Positions 12,618 to 25,739 are shown, numbered from the stretch's first letter. The stretch: DNA of 64,000 nt from Candidatus Altimarinus sp. (GCA_020724225.1 DYHI01000003.1:1103-65102); one strand, 5' to 3'. Numbers and translations: made by a program. Notes: generated from the letters alone by a model not told the origin.

Positions 12618-14366
12618 ATGAAAAAAACAATTAAAAAAATATTTAAAAATTTCAAAGAAACTATTTGAGCAAAGATGTATTATAGCATCTTTGCTTTTTG
12701 ACTATTTGCATCACTGGTATCACTATCAGAACCATTTGTTTTCGCTAAACTATTAAACTATCTTGAATGAGTTTTGAGATGAAACACTTTTTCATTTAGT
12801 GAATTATCGTTTTTTATATTTTTTTGGGTATGATTAATTATATTTACACTAATTACTTCTTATATTTACAGATACTATTTTGTTGATTTAAGTGTATTAA
12901 ATTTTTACATGCACTTAAGAAAAAAGTATTCAAATATACTTTTAAATATGACATATAACAATTACTTAAATAAAAAGCAATGAGAAATATATAGAAAATA
13001 TGAAAAGTGAACATGAGATCAATTTATGATTTTATTTTTTATACTTCAAGAAATAGTAAAAACTCTATCTTGAATTATCATAATTATAATTCTTCTTTTT
13101 ATACTTAATTGGCAAATGGCACTAGCTACAGTTTCTATGCTACCGATTATGTTATTTATGTGATTTTACTTCAATACAAAGACAATAGAATTACAAAAAG
13201 AAAATAATGACAAAGAAAATGAGTTGATGTGATATCTTTGAGACAATATATCAAATTTAGCATTAGTTAAGATATTGAATCTAGAAAATAATCTAAAAAA
13301 GTTCTTTTATACAAATTATGATAAATTGTTTAACACTCAATACAGCATATCAAAAAGATGGTCGATAGCTGATGTATATATATGAGTACTCGTTATGGCA
13401 GCTAGACTTATTACTCTACTTTTATGAGCTTACATGGTAAGTGAATGAACACTCACTCTTTGATATTTATTTTTATACTTTTCATTTATAGGTTGGGTAT
13501 ATTTCCCACTTTGAGGTATGTTTTGAAGACTTAGAGATTTACAAAAACAGATTGTTTCTATACAAGCATTTTATGATGATTTTGATAACCTAGAACTTGA
13601 GGAAGAAGAAATTTGAAAAGAAAAACTTGAAAAAGTTGCATGAGATATAGAGTTTAAAAATGTATGTTTTTCATATAATAAAGATAGAAAAATATTAAAA
13701 GACATAAATTTAAAAATAAAAAATGGTGAAAAAATTGCATTTGTATGAGATACATGAGCGGGGAAGAGTACAATCGTAAATCTACTTTTTAGATTTTGGG
13801 ATATTGCTGATTGAGAAATACTTATTGATTGAAAAAATATAAAAGACCTAAGTAAAAAATTTATAAGAAATCATATTTGAATTGTTATGCAAGACAACAC
13901 ACTTTTCAATACTTCAATCAAAGAAAACTTAAAAATCGCAAAAGATAAAGCTAAAAAGGAAGATATAATAGATGCTTTGAAAAAAGCAAAAGCAGATTTT
14001 GTGCTAGATTTAAAAGACTGAATTGATACAATCATATGAGAAAGATGACTAAAACTAAGTTGATGAGAAAAACAAAGACTTTCTATAGCTAGACTATTCT
14101 TGAAAGATCCTGAAATACTTATACTCGATGAAGCAACTTCAGCACTAGATAACAAAACAGAAAAAGAAATTCAAAAATCACTGGATAATTTGATGAAATG
14201 AAGAACAACTATAATCATAGCACATAGACTTACAACAATAAAAAAAGTCGATAGAATATATGTTATTGAAAATGGTAAAATAGTTGAAACTTGAACTTAT
14301 GATGAACTTATAAATGCTTGAGGAAAATTTTATAACCTTGCAAATCCTGATAAATTAATTGTTTAA
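12618..14366 (+). CDS. ABC transporter, fused permease/ATP-binding (MsbA/MdlB-like)
   Basis: Hydrophobic N-terminal half; [26 protein letters not shown]. Confidence 0.95.
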
Positions 14367-14375
14367 AAATTTTCT

Positions 14376-15077
14376 ATGCACATTTGAATTATAATGGACT
14401 GAAATCGTAGATGGGCGAAAAAAAGATTACTACCAACTTTAGCATGACACAAAGCCTGATTCGATAATGCTATGGATATAGTAGAAAAAGCAAATGATAA
14501 ATGAATAAAATATTTGACTCTGTGGGCATTAAGTAAAGAAAATCTTGTAAAAAGAGAAAAAGAAGAATTATCTTGAATAATAAAGCTCATAGATAAATTA
14601 AATGATTTAATACCTAGATTTCAAAAAAATAATCTTAATTTTCAAACAATTTGAGATATAGAAAAACTACCTTTAGAATCTCAAAAAATTTTGGAAAAAG
14701 TAAAAAATGAGACTAAGAATAATACATGATTAACACTTATAGTTGCACTTGTTTATTCATGAGAAGACGAAATTATAAGAGCTGTTAAAAAATTTATCAA
14801 CTCTATTCCCCCTTGAGAAAGGGGGCTAGGGGGTTTTAATTCTTTAGAAAACTTAAATGAAGAATGATTTAGACAATACCTTGATACTGCTAATTTTCCA
14901 AAACCTGATTTGATTATAAGAACAGGTTGAGATATAAGACACTCTTGATTTTTACTATATGACTCAGATTATAGTGAGTACTATTTTTCAGAAAAGCTTT
15001 GGCCAGATTTCGATGAAAATGAGCTTGATAAAGCACTAAATTTTTTAAATAAATCTAAAAGAAATTTTGGAAAATAA
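14376..15077 (+). CDS. uppS: Polyprenyl (undecaprenyl) diphosphate synthase
   Basis: HIGIIMDGNRRWA, LSKEN, PDLIIRTGG, LWPDF, RNFGK. Confidence 0.96.
14808..14834 (+). repeat. GC-rich palindromic repeat inserted in-frame in uppS
   Basis: CCCCCTTGAGAAAGGGGGCTAGGGGG, encoding PPGERGLGG, in an otherwise very AT-rich gene. Confidence 0.65.
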
Positions 15078-15099
15078 AATTTAATAACAATATATTATT

Positions 15100-16203
15100 A
15101 TGCTTCCTACTTGGTACACAAATTATAAAAAATTTATAGATAATTCAATAAAATTGTTTTTAGATGAATATCTAAATCCTGCTATCATTCCTGCGAAGGC
15201 AGGAATCTATAAAAAAAAGGATTATGACAAATTAATAGATCCCCAGATCAAGTCTGAGGATGACAATATTTATTCAGAATGACAAATAATTTGTTTTTCT
15301 AAACCTCTAAACGATTTCAAAGAAATAATTTATTATGCTACTAATTCATGAAAAAGAGTTAGAGCTATTTTAGCATTGGAGGTTTATCTAAATTTAACAA
15401 ATCAAAAACTTGAAGATATAAAACAAGATAATGATATAGTAAAAGTATGTGTTGCTTTAGAATTTATACATGCATACTCACTACTTCATGATGATTTACC
15501 ATGTATGGACAATGATGAATATAGAAGAGGACAATTAACAGTTTGGAAAAAGTATGGTGAAACAAATGCTGTTTTATGTGGAGATTTATTAAATACACTT
15601 TCTTTTGAAATACTTTCTACAATTAAAGATAATGAAAAATCAAAAAAAATTATTAATTTAATTTCTAGAGCTACTTCGATTTATGGAATGATTTGATGAC
15701 AAATTGAAGATATTTATTTTGAGCATAATATAAATGAATTAGATTTATCATTGATTGAAAGCCTACACAATAAAAAAACATGAAAACTTATTGAAGCTTC
15801 AGTTTTAGCTTGAATGATACTTGCAAAAGATTATGGCATTCCTGCATCGGTGTGAATCTATAAAAAGGATTATGACAATTTAATAGATCCCCGTATCAAG
15901 TACGAGGATGACAAAATAGGGATAAGTCAGGAATGACAAATGTATCTAAATCTATCTAGTTTCTGACAAAATATATGACTAGCTTTTCAAGTAAAAGATG
16001 ATATACTTGATGTAGAATGAACTTTTGAAGAAACAGGGAAGAGTGTATGATGAGAGAAAAAATGATTTGTTCACTTTATATGACTTGAAAAATCAAAAGA
16101 TTATTTAGAAAAACTATCAATTGAAGCATTAAAAAATATATCAGATCTAAAATCAGAAAAACTAGATTTTTTAGTTGAATATATAAAAAACAGAAATTCA
16201 TAA
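15100..16203 (+). CDS. ispA: Polyprenyl synthetase (farnesyl diphosphate synthase-like) with two in-frame repeat insertions
   Basis: GKRVR, HAYSLLHDDLPCMDND..RRG, GGQ, KTG, FQVKDDILD. Confidence 0.93.
15184..15285 (+). repeat. REP/RPE-like element in-frame in ispA (copy 1)
   Basis: ATCATTCCTGCGAAGGCAGGAATCTAT...ATAGATCCCCAGATCAAGTCTGAGGATGAC...GAATGACAA. Confidence 0.9.
15835..15940 (+). repeat. REP/RPE-like element in-frame in ispA (copy 2)
   Basis: GCATTCCTGCATCGGTGTGAATCTAT...GATCCCCGTATCAAGTACGAGGATGAC...GGAATGACAA. Confidence 0.88.
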
Positions 16204-16223
16204 AATATGAATTTCTGTTTTTT
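16185..16223. terminator. Bidirectional intrinsic terminator
   Basis: AAAAAACAGAAATTCATA/TATGAATTTCTGTTTTTT. Confidence 0.75.
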
Positions 16224-16226
16224 ATA

Positions 16227-18014
16227 CTATTTGAAACGAGATACAAATGCAGAATTGGTCTCTCAAATTCCTCTATTTTGTTCAACCTTGTAAAGTATTT
16301 TTTTCAAGATATCTATAAGTCATCTTTTAAATCAATTGTTTTGACAAAGCCAAATGCAAAGATTGAAAGCTATTGTTGGTTTACCATATCATCTCAAGTA
16401 AGTTTTAAATAATTTTTCATAACTTACTGAAATTTTTTTATTAAATTTCAAATTGTCTATTTTATATATCAAATGATTAATCTCTTTTTTAGTCAAATAA
16501 TCATTTTTATATCTTTCCTTCAATACTGTTGCTAAATATTCTTTTATCTTATCTCATTTATAATAATTTTCAAACTCTCAATCTAAAACAATCCAATTAT
16601 AATTAATATACATTTCTTCTCTAACATGAACTTTATGAACTTTTTTTATTGATCTTTCAATATTTCTTTTGTCATCAACAAAATTTGCATCTCTATCAAT
16701 TATGGCAAATACATTTTTCTTTCAAAGAAGTTCTGCACAAAATTCATACCAATCACAAAGTGCTCACTTTCATCATACATCTATGACTGAAATGTTTTTT
16801 AAATTAAGATTAAAAAAATCACTTACTTTATTTTTTCATAAATCTTTCTTGCAACTATTTAAATTACAATCTTTTAAATCATCCTCGTTCCATGGCCGAT
16901 ATTCATATATATTTGGGATTGATATTTTTTCGGTTTCTCATTCTACAAGTATTACAGCATCAGAAAAGAAAACATCAGTATTTTTAAACATCAAATTTAT
17001 CATTATTTTATCATAATCTCAATATTTATTTTCTATTTGTTTAACTTTTGTTAAAGAATTTAATTTATAAACAAATCTTATACTATCAATTTCAAATTTA
17101 TCTTTTTTGAAATTTGAAACAAGCTCATTTGAATGAGTACTATAGATTATTTGAGTATTTTCTATTTCAGAAATATCTTGTAACAATTTATCAACAAGTC
17201 TTATAGAATGTGGATGTAAAAAATTTTCTGGCTCTTCTATAATAAAAATTTTAAACTTACTATTTTTTTTAACTCATCAAATGGATTTTAGATAAAGATC
17301 AAATAAAGCCATCAAAACAAAATTTTTTGTTCATATATTTAAATCATCAAAATTTCTAAGTTCTCTATTTTTTTCTTCTTTTTTAATTATTTCATCTAAA
17401 TTTTTCATAATCTCATTATCCTCATTTTTTATAATTGAGAAATTTGTATTATTTAAATGACTTAGTGAAGTTGAAAATTTTGTGTTTTCATCTTTTGGTA
17501 AAAGAGTATTTACACTTTTTAATACATTTTCTAAATTTCTAAAAACATCTTGATTTTCAATACTTTCTATTTTATTATCAATAATCAAATCAAGTATTTT
17601 TACATACCAAGAATTATCTCTATTATAAGAATTTCTATCTCATGGGATGTATATAAAATTAACATTTTTTAAAAAGTCTAAGATTTCTTTTCTCTCATTT
17701 TTATCATAATTTTCTTCATATTTTACAATTACTTTTCAATCTAAAATTGATGCTATTATTTTTAAAGATAAATTTTTATTTAGATTTAATTCAATTATAT
17801 CTACCTCGAGTATTATATCTTTATTTTTATCGTTAAAATCTTCAAAACTTATATCTTTATGCTCTCATGAAAAAAACAAAGCAATTGCTTTTAAAATATT
17901 TGATTTTCAAGCATTATTTTTTCAAACAAAAACTGTCTTGTTTTTACTAAATTTAACAATTGAATAATCAATACTTTTATAATTTAGAATTCTGATTTCT
18001 TTTAGTTGATACAT
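16227..18014 (-). CDS. OLD-family ATP-dependent endonuclease (ABC-type ATPase + TOPRIM)
   Basis: NYKSI, GKNNAGKSNIL, IEEPENFLHPH, STHS, LVEGETE, DVGGKG, DRD. Confidence 0.88.
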
Positions 18015-18073
18015 ATTTCAATTACGAATTACAAATTAAAAATTACAAATAATTTAAATTCCTTTATTTTTCA

Positions 18074-18916
18074 TTATATATTTTTCATATAATTCCTATT
18101 TAGCTCTTCTTTTAATATCTCTTTTTGTTTTAATAATCATGTAAGATTATTTGAAATAGATACAATCAATTTTTTATCATCATAGGTAAAACTTTTATTT
18201 TTTCAAAAAATCATAAATCATAAATCTATATTTCAAATACTAAGTTTTTGTACAAAATTATATCAACTTAGAATTATATTATCAAGTTCATTCAAAGTTG
18301 TTAAACTTCATCTTTCTATTATTTTATCCTGTAGTTTTCAGTGTTCTCTTGTATCATATTTCAAAGTTAAATAATGTGTAACAACAGGATTTATTTCAAA
18401 AAATAAAACATACTCATATCAAGTAATCAGCTTTATCTTATCAATAATAGAAAATATATTTTTATCATTTATTTTTTCTATACCTATAATAGATTTTACA
18501 ATTTCATAATTTGCTGTTATTTGTTTATTTGATTTAAGTAATCTTTTATTTGTTGCATCAACTATAAATTTCAGTAAATCAAGTCACTCTTTTGGATATT
18601 TTTCTATAAACTTTTGTAATCAATCTTTTCAATTTATATATAAAAGTTTTACATCTTCCACTACTTTTACAAGTGCTTCTTTAGATATATCACTACTATT
18701 TAAACTAGCTTCTCAGAAAAAATCAAACTCTCAAAGTATAGCTAATTCTTTTGTTTCTTTCTTCTCAACTGTTGTATATTTTTCAATTGCTACTTTTCAT
18801 GATTCTATAATATATAGATTATCATCTAAATCTCATTCATCAAAAACCAAACTTCATGATTGAAGTTCTTTATATCAAAAGAAACCTGATGATTTATAAA
18901 ATTCTATATTTAACAT
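18074..18916 (-). CDS. Cyclic nucleotide-binding domain protein with uncharacterised C-terminal domain
   Basis: VFDEGD..LYIIESGKV, GEFDFFGEASL cNMP-binding pattern. Confidence 0.85.
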
Positions 18917-19009
18917 TTTTTAGTATTAAGTATTAAGTAGTAAGTAGTAAGTAAAATAATTATTAGCACTGGCTACAATAATTATTAATTATTCACTATT
19001 AACTATTCA

Positions 19010-20101
19010 CTAAATTAACTCCATTGAATCTTTATCTCTTGCAAAGCTTTTTAATGTATCTTTACTTATTATAGATTTATTATACAAAGCTAGTAAGTAT
19101 TTATCCATCAAAACCATTCATTCTTTTTGTCAAACTTCTAGTACACTATAAAGTTGATGAGTTTTTCATGTAACAATCAAATTTCTAACCGCATCATTTG
19201 CTATCATAACTTCTCTTGCTGCAATTCTTCATTCTTTATCAATTCTTGGAAGCAGTCTTTGACTTACTATTCAAACTAAACTCATTGCAAGTTGCATTCT
19301 GATTTGCTCTTGTTGTCAAGCAGGGAATACATCAACTATTCTATCTATAGTTTGAACAGTATCATTTGTATGTAGTGTAGAAAATACCAAGTGACCTGTT
19401 TCAGCAAGTGTAATTGCTGCTTTTATAGTTTCTGGATCTCTCATTTCTCAAACCATTATTATATTTGGATCTTCTCTAAGTGCTGCTCTTATAGCATTTG
19501 CAAAGTTATGTGTAGAATTTCAAATTTCTCTTTGATTTACCAAACTTTTTTTAGAATTAAATGCAAATTCTATAGGATCTTCTATAGTTATGATATGTTT
19601 TTTATAATTTGTATTGATATAATCAATCATTGCTGCAAGATTTGTTGATTTTCAAGATCAAGTTGGTCAAGTAACTAGTACAAGTCATTTTGATTTTTGA
19701 CACATTATTTTAATATTTTCTCAAAGTCATAACTCTTCTAGGGTAGGTATAATAACAGGTATTTTTCTCATTGCTATACTAAATCAATTTGAATCAACAT
19801 AACAATTAACCCTAAATCTATCACTATCTCTGAATTTATATGATAAATCAAGTTCGAAAGTATCTTGAAATTTTGACAATCAAATTTCTCAAGCTATTAT
19901 CTTAATTATCTCAATAATATCTTCTTTTGATAAAACTGATGATTGAAATATATTTCAATCAATTTCTAAACTCTCAACATTTTCAAGTTCTCAATAGTGA
20001 TTTCTAATAAATGGCTTATGTAGTGAGTTTAAATGTAAATCTGAATAGTTATTTTTTATACTATCAATAACTAAAGCTTCAAAAATAGATTTGATTTCCA
20101 T
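19010..20101 (-). CDS. pilT: Type IV pilus retraction ATPase PilT
   Basis: [48 protein letters not shown]. Confidence 0.95.
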
Positions 20102-20185
20102 AAATTTTATGTTTAAATAATTTAATATTTCAATATTATTATAACATATATATTTTAAAAAAGCCAAAAAATAAAGCTAGAAAAT

Positions 20186-21703
20186 CTAGCTTTTTGTTAA
20201 ACTTACAATAGTTTCTATATGACTTGTGTGAGGAAACATATCAACTGGGATAATTTTTTCTATTTTGTAATCACTATTTTGTAATATAAATGATAAATCA
20301 CGACTTAAAGTTGCAGGATTACAACTTACATAAATAATTTGTTTTGTTCAAAATTTAAGTATATTTGGAAGTGCATCAGGATGCATACCAGTTCTTGGTG
20401 GATCTATAATCAAAAGTTCTGCTTTTTCTCATTTTTTTATATAATCATCTAAAAAATCCTCGACTTTTGCATTTATAAACTCCATATTTTTTATACCATT
20501 TTTATTTGCATTCGCTTCACCATCTTTTGAAGCATCAGTTACTAGTTCAACACTTATTACTTTTTTACTATGAGGAGCAAAAACCATACCAATAGTTCAA
20601 GTTCAACCATATAAATCTAAAACAGTTCAAAGATTTCAGTCATTATTCACTATTCACTGTTCACTATTAACTAAATTTAATACCTCGTTATATAATTTTT
20701 CTGCACCATAACTATTTGTTTGAAAAAAGCTTTTTGGGCTTATATTAAAAGTCAATCAAAGTAATTTTTCTTCTATAAATTCATTTCCATAAATAAGTTC
20801 AAGTTCTCAAATACTAGTATCAGACCTATTATCATTTAAGCTTAAGTATATTGATTTTATTTCAGAGTATTTTAAAGCTAATTTATTTAAAAAAGCTTTT
20901 ATTTTTTCCATTATGTTATCCTTATGCTCGACACGGGGATCTATTAAATTATCATTACCTTTTTTATAGATTCCTGCCTCCGCAGGAATGACATCAAGGT
21001 ATTTATGATTAATAGAAAAAATAACCATAATTTGATTTGTAAAAAATGCTTGTCTGATAACTATATGTCTAAAAAATCATTTTTGATCAAATTGATCATA
21101 AACTGGTAATCATGAAGCTTTTGCAAAGTCTTTTATTTCTTTAAATATCTTATTAGCTACTTCTGAAATAAGTATAGTTCAATCAAAATCCTGTATTTTA
21201 CTAAATTCTCATTGTTTATGAAATCACAAATTGAAATGCTCATTTTTTCACTCTTTTGCACTTATGTATTTTCAGAAACTAAATTCTATCTTGTTTCTAT
21301 ATCAATCTATAATAGGTGAGGGAACTATAGGACTCACAACTAAATCATTTTGAAACTTTTTTAAGTGAAAAATAGATTCTTCTACTTGTCATGCTTTTAT
21401 CTTTAATTGTTCATCGTAAGGTATATTTGCCCGAGCAAGTCAAGCTTGCATACCAAAAGGATTATTTGGATGTTCTTTTTCTAATGGTGATTTTTTAACT
21501 AATTCTTGTGATTGTGCTTCTATGTAATCCTTTCTAGATTTCAGAATCCTTATATTTACTACACTTCCAGGAACAACTCAACCACTTATAAAAATTGCTT
21601 TTCAATCTATATCTTTATTATCTGATTTCAATCTAGCAAATCATTTTCATCAAAATACTAGTTTTTCAACTACTACATTTTTAATTATTTCGTTTTTTTT
21701 CAT
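20186..21703 (-). CDS. rlmD: 23S rRNA (uracil-5)-methyltransferase RlmD/TrmA family, with in-frame repeat insertions
   Basis: YRNKIEF, SFFQTN, LDLYGGTGTIG, DPPRTG, YVSCNPATLSRD, DMFPHTSHIE. Confidence 0.92.
20914..20993 (-). repeat. REP/RPE-like element in-frame in rlmD
   Basis: Encodes VIPAEAGIYKKGNDNLIDPRVEHKDN. Confidence 0.9.
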
Positions 21704-21726
21704 TGTAATTTAATATTTTTAATTAA

Positions 21727-22815
21727 CTAAAATAAAGGCTCATCAATACTTTTTCTATCTTCATCTTCTTGAATAACTTTTTTCTTCAGTTCGTATACTA
21801 CTTTATCCAAATAATTTATTATATAAAGTTTTGTTAAATTATTTATACTATTTACATTTATTTCATATCATATTTTTTTTCAATTTTCATCAAACAAATA
21901 AACACTATTTAACTCATAAATATTTATTCTAGTATTTGTGAGTTTTTTAGATAAATTATCTAGAGTTTTTATCTGTTTTCAAATAGGTTTAAATCTGATT
22001 TGTTTATATATTTTTTCTCTTACTTTTTCAAGTTTCAAAACTAAATCTTTTGTATCTAGTCATTTTCTTTCAACTATAATTGCATCAAGTAAATCTCTTC
22101 CAGGTCAAACTATATATCTTGAGTTATATATCATTGAACTAGTTTTTCATGCATCTAAATTTATAGCATCATAACAACCAAATAATGCTAAATTATAAGG
22201 TAATTCATTCATCTCTATATCACTTACATATCAAAAATATAAATACCTCTTTTCTTTATCTGAACAAATAAAATTTCTCTGTATTTTAGCCTTCATTTTT
22301 GAATCTATCAAGTTTACTTCAAAGTAATACTCAATAACATTTTTTCAATCTTTAAGTAAAAGTGGAAAATTTCAAAGTCACTTAAATATTTGATTTTCTT
22401 TATCTGGATTTATCTTATTTGTTTGAAATAAAAATGGATTATTTGTTTTATCTAATGCAAAAACAACTCTATCTCAAGTATCATCATATCATGCAATTTT
22501 TTTTCATTCTACATACCTCTCATTTATAGTAAAATCAGTTCATTTACATTCTCTATAATCTGCAGGACAAAAATAAACTCAATTAACAGCTGATATTCAA
22601 TTATTTTTCTCCATTAATTCTCTAAGTGAAGTTGCTTTTCAATCAGGATTTATTCATATTTTAAACTCAAAATCTGGTGATTTCAAATCATATTTTATCA
22701 CTCTGAACTTATATCAATTTACAATTTTATCAATAAAATTGTTTGCTGAAACCTCATTAATAAAAAAGTAACAAATAAAAGATAAAAGAAAAAGAATTTT
22801 AAAAGTTTTTTTCAT
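21727..22815 (-). CDS. Phosphodiester glycosidase (NAGPA/DUF2233) family secreted protein
   Basis: Signal peptide, AVNGVYF, NFPLLL, AINLDAGKTSSM. Confidence 0.8.
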
Positions 22816-22836
22816 AATATATAATTTAAAAATATG

Positions 22837-22930
22837 TGTCATTCCTGTGAATACAAGAATCTACTTTGTATTATTATAATATAAGTTGGTTATATATTGT
22901 AGATTTCCGGATCAAGTCCGAAGATGACAA
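22837..22930. repeat. REP/RPE-like element, intergenic doublet
   Basis: GTCATTCCTGTGAATACAAGAATCTA ... TAGATTTCCGGATCAAGTCCGAAGATGAC. Confidence 0.8.
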
Positions 22931-22939
22931 ATAGATATA

Positions 22940-24559
22940 TTAAACTAAATTCTTATAAATATTTTCTACATATGAATCTACATTTTTTCATTTTAATGCT
23001 CTTTCAAAATGAAATTCGTATTTTTTATAAACTAAGTCATTGTTTAAGAAATTACTTCAAAGACAAGTCCAAAATCTATAAGCACATTTTGAGTTTAATT
23101 TATGCCAAAAATTTGAATATAGTTCTTGTTTCCCATTATAAAAATCTTCTAAATCATTTGCATAATAATCTTCATCGTAAATAGGTGTTAGTGCATAGTT
23201 GTTAGTATTTAGATTATATCAAACTACATTGTCATCCTCGTGCTTGACACGGGGATCTATTAAATTGTTAGAGTCATTTTTATAGATTCCTGCATCCGCA
23301 GGAATTACAATTAGTTCTTCAAACTTTGTACTACCAAAACCATAGCTATAAAATTTCTCTATATATTTTCAATTATTTCAATAAATCACTTTTACAACAT
23401 AATCTCTCTTTTTTTCTAAAAGTATGTTTTTCATACTGTCTTCTAAGTTTGTTATTTGATATGGAAGAAATCTATTATTTAGTAAATCGAGTATTATTTC
23501 TTCTTGTCTTTTTTCATCTCTTTTTTCATCATTTAGTGGTCAATTTACATAATATCTTTTAAATTTTGCATCTAGATTTGTAGGAGATTTTACAAAGTTT
23601 AAATTGTTCAAATAATTTATTTTTCATAGTTTATTAAATTTTGCATTTTTTATTTCATAACTCACTCAAGCTTCAAAATGAGTAATAGGGAAGTGTTTAC
23701 CATATCTTTGCATCGTACTTTTTTCTATACTTACAACTTCATCTAGTCATAGTATATGTACCTTTGAAGCTTCACTATCTAACTTTGATGGATATCAAAT
23801 TCATTGTCATATAAAAGCCTTACAAAAATTTTTTGATTTTGAGTAATCAACATAGTCCACCATTCATTCTTCAAATTTAACATAGTTCCATTCTATTTCT
23901 TCTTTTCTTGTTTTTATATACTCAGATGCAAATTTTTTCCTTTTATTTACATCTTCTATATCAAGTAATTTTATATTTCACTCTAGCTCATTTCTAGTTG
24001 CCATATACAAAACTGTTTCGTATTTTTTTGAAGAAAACATATCAAATATATAATTATTTGAATTATCAATTTCGCTTGGCAAAGTATCTACTTCTGCATA
24101 AACTATTTCTTTGTCTGAGTATACAAAAAGTGTCATTACATCATCCTCATTCGTCAAATAATCATTTTCAAAAACTAATCACTTAATTTTTATTCATTTA
24201 ATAGCTATTTCTTCCTTATTTCTTAGGATTTTATAAGTAAATTTTGGTAAATATTTATCCAAAAGGGGAGTCAAGAACTTAATTGTCTCAGGAATCAGTA
24301 AAATTGGTAAATTATTTAAATTTTTATACATTTCGCTTAAAGTATAGGGATCAAAATGATCACAATGTGAATGACTTATGAAAATAGCATCAATTTCTCA
24401 AAGTTTATCATAATCAATAGTTAATGTCGGATTTCTAGCCATCAAATCTCAAAAGGCATAATTTGTAAGCCATGCATCAGACATTATTTTTACAGGTTTT
24501 CAGTCTGCATTTTCTATATTTATCAGAAATTCTGAGTGTCAAAGGTAGTCGATTTGCAT
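22940..24559 (-). CDS. MBL-fold metallo-hydrolase (UlaG / CMP-NeuAc hydroxylase-like)
   Basis: YLGHSEF, SDAWL, FISHSHCDHFDP; contains one in-frame palindromic repeat. Confidence 0.8.
23229..23310 (-). repeat. REP/RPE-like element in-frame in MBL-fold gene
   Basis: Encodes VIPADAGIYKNDSNNLIDPRVKHEDDN. Confidence 0.9.
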
Positions 24560-24582
24560 ATGTGAGGGGTATTAAAAATATC

Positions 24583-24610
24583 GTCATTCCTGCGGATGCA
24601 GGAATCTATA
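24583..24610. repeat. Single REP-like palindrome, intergenic
   Basis: GTCATTCCTGCGGATGCAGGAATCTATA. Confidence 0.85.
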
Positions 24611-24734
24611 AAAAGTAATTAAATCTTTATGTATTTTATAGATTTTTTTAAAAAAAGAAAATAAAAATATCCTATTTTTTGCTTTTAAAACTAATATATA
24701 GTACAATAATATAAATTAATTACTTAAAAGATAT

Positions 24735-24965
24735 ATGTTTTTAAGATTTTACAAAAGAAAAGAAATTCCTTTATGGAAAAAATATGCTGACTCTATTTTA
24801 GTAGCTATTTGATTAATATTTATCTGGAAAGGTATTTGGAATATAGCAGATCAGATTTTTGGTTTTATATGAAATATTTGGATTGAAAATATTGTTTCTT
24901 TTATAGTTTGAGTTAGTATTTTAGTCCTTACTGACAGATTTGTGGAACAATTTATTGATGATTAA
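24735..24965 (+). CDS. Small 2-TM membrane protein
   Basis: 76 aa; AIGLIFIWKGIWNIAD and a second hydrophobic segment. Confidence 0.7.
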
Positions 24966-24987
24966 TATAATATTTAACATAATTATT

Positions 24988-25248
24988 ATGAAAGAATTAG
25001 ATAAAAAAATAATAGAATTATTTAGAGTCATTTACGATTTAGATGAAAAAGATATAAATGATTTACAAAAAACAATAAAAGACTTAAGCGATGATGAAAA
25101 AAAGTCTACTATAATTGCATTGTACAAAAGGTATGAATCAAGAATAATTAATTCAAAACATCTTGTAGAAAAACTTCAAACTATAAAAAATAATACAGAT
25201 GAATTTTTGGATGAAATAAATTCAAAAGATATAAAATTTAATTTTTAA
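24988..25248 (+). CDS. Hypothetical protein (86 aa)
   Basis: ORF MKELDKKIIELF...; typical codon usage. Confidence 0.65.
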   Translation: MKELDKKIIELFRVIYDLDEKDINDLQKTIKDLSDDEKKSTIIALYKRYESRIINSKHLVEKLQTIKNNTDEFLDEINSKDIKFNF

Positions 25249-25724
25249 TGATAATTTTTATGTGATATGTGGACATAGTTAGAAATACTGATTGAGTAGA
25301 TAGTTTCAAAATAAAACATGAAAATGTTACTAACCTAAGTTATGATTTATTCATAAGCAAATTATGAAGATCACTAGATGAATTTAATAAAAATATCTCA
25401 AAAGCAAAATGATTAACTGATTCGTTTAAGTGACTTTTTTGAGCTGATAAAGATTTTTGAACAAAAAAAGAAAAAAATTGAAATATAATATTATCAAAAG
25501 AAGATAAATACTTACAAGAAGTAGCTTTACCAAAAATAAATTCAGTTATTCTAGAATATGCTAAACAATGAAAAATTGAAGAACAAGAATTTAAAGAAGA
25601 ATTAACAAAAATATCTTCTGACTTTATAGGATTTATGGAAGGGAAGACACCAAAAAGCAATCCATTAGCTGATTATTATTGATGAAAAAATACAAAAAGG
25701 AGAATAGATGCAGCTTGATTATAA
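25248..25724 (+). CDS. Hypothetical protein
   Basis: Code-25 ORF overlapping upstream stop (TAATG); alternative start at 25260. Confidence 0.6.
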
Positions 25725-25739
25725 ATTCAAAAAATATTT

